Below are positions 59,494 through 64,000 of a stretch of DNA of 64,000 nucleotides, piece by piece. Source of the DNA: Nitrospirota bacterium (GTDB lineage Bacteria > Nitrospirota > UBA9217). The stretch is from NCBI GenBank assembly GCA_963740085.1, contig CAVUCU010000001.1, forward strand, positions 1,376,001-1,440,000, given 5' to 3'. Each line of letters begins with the position of its first letter. Within the stretch, counting starts at the first letter, position 1. The notes beneath the pieces are model-generated. The model did not search any database, had not been told where the DNA came from, and was given only the letters and a program-made list of their open reading frames with translations. The position numbers were made by a program, and so were the translations under genes.

Positions 59494-60378
59494 ATGAGAC
59501 TCGTGACAAGAGGCGACCTGGATGGCCTGGTGTCCGCCGTGCTGATCACCACCATGGAGGACGTCAAGTCCCTGAAGCTCATTCATCCCCAGGACATTAC
59601 GGACAATAAATTCGAGGTCATGGAGGGAGATATCCTGGCCAACCTCCCCTATCACCCAAACTGCGCCATGTGGTTCGACCACCATGAGTTGACGGACAGC
59701 AACAGGAAACCGCCGGCAGTCTTTAAGGGCAAGCACGCGATCCTGCCGAGCGTGGCCAGAGTGGTTTATGAATACTACCAGTCGGAAAAACTGAAACGCT
59801 TTGAGCCGCTGATCGCTGAAACAGACCGGTTCGATTCAGCGCAGCTTACCATCGAGGACATTTCCGACCCGCGGGGTGCGATCCTTCTCGGCTTCACCAT
59901 AGATCCAAGAACGGGATTCGGCGTCGACAGTCACTTTTTTATTATCTTGGTGGAACTGCTGAAGACATTCGATATTGACAAAGTTCTCCAAACGGCGGAA
60001 GTGGCCCGGCGGGTTAAAACATACCTGGAGAACGATTTCAGGTTCTTAAAGGTATTGAATGATCATACAAGGATCGACAAGAACGTTATCATTACGGACT
60101 TCAGAAAATTAACGGGCATCCCGGTCGGGAACCGGTTTCTCATTTATACGCTCTACCCTGAATGTAATGTCTCCGTACGGGTTCAATGGGGGCCCCGAAA
60201 GGAGTTCATCGCAACCACCATCGGACACAGCATCCTCAACCGGACATGCAAAACCGATATCGGCCGTCTCTGCAGCGATTTCGGAGGCGGCGGCCATAGG
60301 GGCGCCGGCGCCTGCACCCTGGACCCTGCGTCGGCGGACGACAAGCTGAAAGAAATAATACAAAGGCTGAAAGAATGA
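59494..60378 (+). CDS. DHH/DHHA1 phosphoesterase (nanoRNase/exopolyphosphatase-like)
   Basis: TRGDLDG, WFDHH and GGGH..AG. Confidence 0.85.
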   Translation: MRLVTRGDLDGLVSAVLITTMEDVKSLKLIHPQDITDNKFEVMEGDILANLPYHPNCAMWFDHHELTDSNRKPPAVFKGKHAILPSVARVVYEYYQSEKLKRFEPLIAETDRFDSAQLTIEDISDPRGAILLGFTIDPRTGFGVDSHFFIILVELLKTFDIDKVLQTAEVARRVKTYLENDFRFLKVLNDHTRIDKNVIITDFRKLTGIPVGNRFLIYTLYPECNVSVRVQWGPRKEFIATTIGHSILNRTCKTDIGRLCSDFGGGGHRGAGACTLDPASADDKLKEIIQRLKE

Positions 60379-60549
60379 TCCGTGAAATAACGGGTGTACG
60401 ATGGTAGAGGGTACCGCACTGACGGGGAGTATTCCGGATCCCGCGCTTAAGGTACGGAAATCAACATCTGAACCAAAGAGTCGGGAATAGTATGTACTTC
60501 CCCTGAATTGGCGTTCCCCGGGGAATCAAGACTTGATCGAACGCGTCGT

Positions 60550-61293
60550 TTAGTAGTTTGCCACCAGTGCAACGGTCGTCATAGAGTCTTTCTTTTTCAG
60601 CGTCGCCGGCACCGGTGCGTTTGAATAATTTACGAGATAAGCGGCCTTCAGGGAGAAAATACCGCTTAACGCGGAGACGACCGCTGTTTCCGAATTAACA
60701 AAGTATTTATCCGAATTATTGAAGTCGTCAAGATATTCCAGGGACTGGGAGAACTTGTTCTTTTCGGTAAATGCGTAGGTGTATTTCGCGAAGGCCCGTC
60801 CGCCGGGATAATCTTTCTTGGTATTATCGGTATACTTGTCGGCTACATACATGACACCCAGTTCACCGATCAGGAAATGCGCGGGCCCGTCAAGGAACTT
60901 ATATCCTGCGCCGAGCCCGCCATATACGTGCTCATCGACGCCCGCGAACCTGTTTTGCTGCCAGCCCGCATTCACAAAGGAATATAACCGCAGCGTGTTC
61001 TGATAATCCAGCTTGAGGTCTGTAAAGTAGCTTTCCGCGGTTTTCACGTTGGACGTTTTCGCATTAACCGCGCCGACCTTCCAGCTCCCCAATAACTGCG
61101 CGTTGAATTGATACTTCAACAGATTTTTTGCAGCCAGGGTGGCGATCTGCGTATTGCCATCGGTTTTTACATAAGAAAACTCGCCTTCGTCGCTTAAGGC
61201 TTTCTTCTCCTTCATCTCCTCGGCAAAAGAACTCGCTGCAGCCAGCGCCAGTCCGATGCAGAGTGCAAGAAAAAAAAGCGTCTCTTTTCTCAT
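60550..61293 (-). CDS. DUF481/YdiY-like outer-membrane beta-barrel protein
   Basis: Signal peptide, GNT motif, G.GYKF, alternating beta-strands and terminal aromatic Y; AAAGGAG SD. Confidence 0.75.
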   Translation of the reverse strand: MRKETLFFLALCIGLALAAASSFAEEMKEKKALSDEGEFSYVKTDGNTQIATLAAKNLLKYQFNAQLLGSWKVGAVNAKTSNVKTAESYFTDLKLDYQNTLRLYSFVNAGWQQNRFAGVDEHVYGGLGAGYKFLDGPAHFLIGELGVMYVADKYTDNTKKDYPGGRAFAKYTYAFTEKNKFSQSLEYLDDFNNSDKYFVNSETAVVSALSGIFSLKAAYLVNYSNAPVPATLKKKDSMTTVALVANY

Positions 61294-61316
61294 AACTGCT
61301 CCTTTCACGCGCCTTT

Positions 61317-61754
61317 TTACACCGTCTTAAGATCTGAAGTGCAAGCAAAGCAACGGGTCGCCTTGATCGGAACATTGGACAGGCAATACGGACATGCCTT
61401 GGTCGATGGAGGCGCTGCCGCCGCTGGTTTCTTCAAACGATTGACCTGTTTGATCAGGATAAATATTGCCGCCGCTACGATGATGAAATCGATCACCGTG
61501 TTGATGAACAAGCCGTAGTTTATCGTGGCCGCCCCTGCCGCCTTGGCAGCTGCCAGCGAGGGATACGGGGTTCCCGAAAGGTTGATGAACAAACCGCTGA
61601 AGTTCACATTGCCCATGAGCCTCCCCAATGGCGGCATCAGGACATCACCTACCAGGGAAGTGACGATCTTTCCAAAGGCCCCGCCGATGATGATGCCGAC
61701 CGCGAGGTCCACTACATTTCCCCTCATGATGAATTCCTTGAACTCTTTTAACAT
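61317..61754 (-). CDS. mscL: Large-conductance mechanosensitive channel with C-terminal CxxC-x10-CxxC
   Basis: [38 protein letters not shown] and CPYC...CFAC. Confidence 0.95.
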   Translation of the reverse strand: MLKEFKEFIMRGNVVDLAVGIIIGGAFGKIVTSLVGDVLMPPLGRLMGNVNFSGLFINLSGTPYPSLAAAKAAGAATINYGLFINTVIDFIIVAAAIFILIKQVNRLKKPAAAAPPSTKACPYCLSNVPIKATRCFACTSDLKTV

Positions 61755-61823
61755 AGACTACCTCCTCCCTCTTCATTCCATCGTTCGAAGCCGGAAACGA
61801 CCTTTGAAGATTTATCCCTCTGT

Positions 61824-62210
61824 TCATTCTTCAACGATAATTTTTCCCGTCATCCCTTCATGTCCGTCGCCGCAGAAGAGGTCGCAGTGAAAGTCATAGG
61901 TTCCCGCCTTTGGAGCCATGATGCGCAGTTGTGTAACCTTCCCCGGCTCGATCGTCGCACGGATTCCTCCAAGGTCCGGAACCGTGAAACCGTGCACCCT
62001 GTCCAGCGATGTAAACTCCAGAATTACGGGGACCCCCTTCTTGATCCTGATCTCGTTCGGTGAGTACTCGAACTTTTTCGCCGTGATCTTGATCACCCGC
62101 ACAGTTTGTGCTGGTTGCTCTGCAGCCGGAGCGCTTGAGATCAACGAACCCGTCATAAACATCATCGTGACGGAAAGGAACAACACGGGCACGCATTGAG
62201 ACCTTTTCAT
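61824..62210 (-). CDS. Exported cupredoxin with CuA-type site (Cox2-like soluble domain)
   Basis: Signal peptide; DRVHGF and HCDLFCGDGHEGM. Confidence 0.85.
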   Translation of the reverse strand: MKRSQCVPVLFLSVTMMFMTGSLISSAPAAEQPAQTVRVIKITAKKFEYSPNEIRIKKGVPVILEFTSLDRVHGFTVPDLGGIRATIEPGKVTQLRIMAPKAGTYDFHCDLFCGDGHEGMTGKIIVEE

Positions 62211-62214
62211 AAAC

Positions 62215-63105
62215 CTATCCTTTCTGGACCGGATATTCCGTGATCACCAACTCCGACTTATCAGCCTTGGCCTGAACACTTCGGTATCCTAGCCCCTTGT
62301 AGGGCGCGGAAGGGTCCCAGGGGATCGGTACGCGCTTGGGAACGGAACCCGGCGCCGGCAGGGGGAACATCAGACCCTTCGCTGCATGATGCGGTATATG
62401 CCCTGTCATCTGGTGATGTTCCTGATGGATATGTCCGTACAGAACGGTGACGTTCTTATAGGGCATAAGAAGGTCTATCGCTTTTGCCCCGTCGCGGGTC
62501 CACCAGTCCCAATTGGGATATAGGTCGAAGAGAGGACGATGGGTCAAAACAACGATTCGAGAGTCTTTATTCAATTTTTTCAGTTCGTTGTTCAACCATT
62601 GCAGTTGAACATCCCCGATGCTCGACAGGGGATCCGAGACGTTGTCCACGACGATGAAATGCACGCCTTTGTGATCGAAGGTATACCGGGTATTTCCGAA
62701 ATATTCCTTAAACGCCTCGCCGTTATCCAGTCCCGCGTCATGTTCGCCTGCCAGGAACTTGATATCCTTCACCTTTAGTCCGCTGATAATGTCCTTGGCT
62801 TCGGCCATGCGTTTCCTTCGCTCCTTTGAGTCGTCCGTCGTATGGGTTATATCGCCGGTGAAAACAACGAAATCCGGCGGCACGTTCATGCTGTTGACCG
62901 CTGCGATCGCCTTTTTCAGGGTTCCTGTCGCGTCAGGATTTATGGCCGGCCCGTTAAAACCCCAGTGCGTGTCCGACAACTGGACAAACATGAAATCATC
63001 CTGACCTGCCTTCATCTCCGCGGCACCTGCTGCGCGCGATCCCATTACGAGAACCGCACTGCCCATGCCCATCAGTTTTAAGAAATCTCTTCTGTCCATC
63101 TTCAT
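62215..63105 (-). CDS. Tat-exported calcineurin-like metallophosphoesterase
   Basis: DRRDFLK twin-arginine signal; SDTH, TGD, GEHD, TH.P and GHIH. Confidence 0.9.
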   Translation of the reverse strand: MKMDRRDFLKLMGMGSAVLVMGSRAAGAAEMKAGQDDFMFVQLSDTHWGFNGPAINPDATGTLKKAIAAVNSMNVPPDFVVFTGDITHTTDDSKERRKRMAEAKDIISGLKVKDIKFLAGEHDAGLDNGEAFKEYFGNTRYTFDHKGVHFIVVDNVSDPLSSIGDVQLQWLNNELKKLNKDSRIVVLTHRPLFDLYPNWDWWTRDGAKAIDLLMPYKNVTVLYGHIHQEHHQMTGHIPHHAAKGLMFPLPAPGSVPKRVPIPWDPSAPYKGLGYRSVQAKADKSELVITEYPVQKG

Positions 63106-63306
63106 GGTTGTCTCCTTATTTTGGTTTTAGTACAACGGAAATTTGTGAAGCAGTAAATTTAAGCGAAATTAAAAAAGATTCAGCGTGGTATACCACTCAC
63201 TGCGGACAATCGAGTGGCCTGATTAGCCCGTAGCATACAACGTTAAAGCACCTTAAGACGAGACCTTACCGTGTTCAAGACCCCGGATGGTTCTTGTAAT
63301 GTTGCT

Positions 63307-63315
63307 ATTATAGCA
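63307..63315 (-). promoter_or_regulatory. Extended -10 element upstream of the metallophosphoesterase
   Basis: Minus strand reads TGCTATAAT. Confidence 0.45.
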
Positions 63316-63331
63316 CGAACCGACCCGATGA

Positions 63332-64000
63332 TCATTTCAGACTAAAGTCGGTTCTGCTGTTCTTAGCCTTTTCTTTTTTCTCCACCTCGAGGGCCTTGGA
63401 TTCAACAATGAAGATCCGCTCCGGATCCAGCTGCTTCGGTTGCAACAAATAGTCCCTGACCGACCGGGCTCGCTCCCCGGCGAGTACCCGCAGGTCTTCA
63501 TCGGTCACCTTCATGTTGGCAAGCATGAGTTTTTCCATCTCGGGCACGGGCAAATCCTTTGCCATGCCGATCATATTACGGGGTTTCGAGAATTTTTCTT
63601 CTTTATAAGCCCTCTTCAGGTACACGGGATATTCCTCTGAAGTCACGGTTATTGAATCAAGGGAGGGCGCCTCGTTGTTTTTCGCAAGCATCTCCTTTAT
63701 CTTCTGGGCCTTGATCTTTCTCAGCATGCGGTCTTGTTTCAGCCCTTCGAGGTCTTTCTCGGGATCCACGTGACCCACGATGTCCATCTTGAGCGCAGGC
63801 CGGTCAATAAGGGCCTTGCCTATGATATCGAGCTTCTTTTTCGTCGCATCTGTCAGGGAGGCCGAGCCGTAATCGAAGTCGGCATAGCCGAGCTCTTCGC
63901 CGCCGCCGAAGACCGCGCTCAGAAGGGCAAAGGGCGATGTCGCGGCCTTCACGAGCAGGTTCACGATGACCTTGAGTATTACGCCGCCCACGCTGAACTT
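63332..64000 (-). CDS. DUF748-like protein, C-terminal part (5' end outside window)
   Basis: NLLVKAATSPFALL, F..GSA.L, RPALK and LA..RA..V.DYL OmpA-like C-terminus. Confidence 0.75.
   Translation of the reverse strand, partial: KFSVGGVILKVIVNLLVKAATSPFALLSAVFGGGEELGYADFDYGSASLTDATKKKLDIIGKALIDRPALKMDIVGHVDPEKDLEGLKQDRMLRKIKAQKIKEMLAKNNEAPSLDSITVTSEEYPVYLKRAYKEEKFSKPRNMIGMAKDLPVPEMEKLMLANMKVTDEDLRVLAGERARSVRDYLLQPKQLDPERIFIVESKALEVEKKEKAKNSRTDFSLK

Overview
GC-rich bacterial window, probably from an anaerobe. A corrinoid reductive activator, a group 3-type NiFe hydrogenase and the style of intergenic palindromes suggest Nitrospirota or Desulfobacterota; this is inference. The main feature is a ~40 kb osmoprotection and carbon-storage region (about 9.2-48.8 kb). 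It encodes four trehalose routes (TreT, fused OtsAB, TreS-Mak, TreY/TreZ), the GlgE alpha-glucan route, GlgC, apparently both glucosylglycerate routes (GpgS/GpgP and Ggs), a sugar ABC importer, three MscS-family genes, NhaA, a CaCA exchanger and a ClC protein. Inside it is an OsmC-family gene that the ORF track truncates at an in-frame UGA. The frame continues for 91 codons and a bacterial SECIS-like hairpin follows the UGA, so it is most likely a selenoprotein. Other signals: a beta-lactamase-fold protein lacking its catalytic motifs behind a MarR gene with a 15-bp-periodic operator array; indels in glgE and glgB; possible integron relics around a stand-alone MshEN-like gene; two apparently leaderless genes; and a structured leader ahead of a speD-speE-decarboxylase operon. 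I saw no rRNA, tRNA, CRISPR array or intact transposase. All family calls come from motif recognition by eye, not from database searches.
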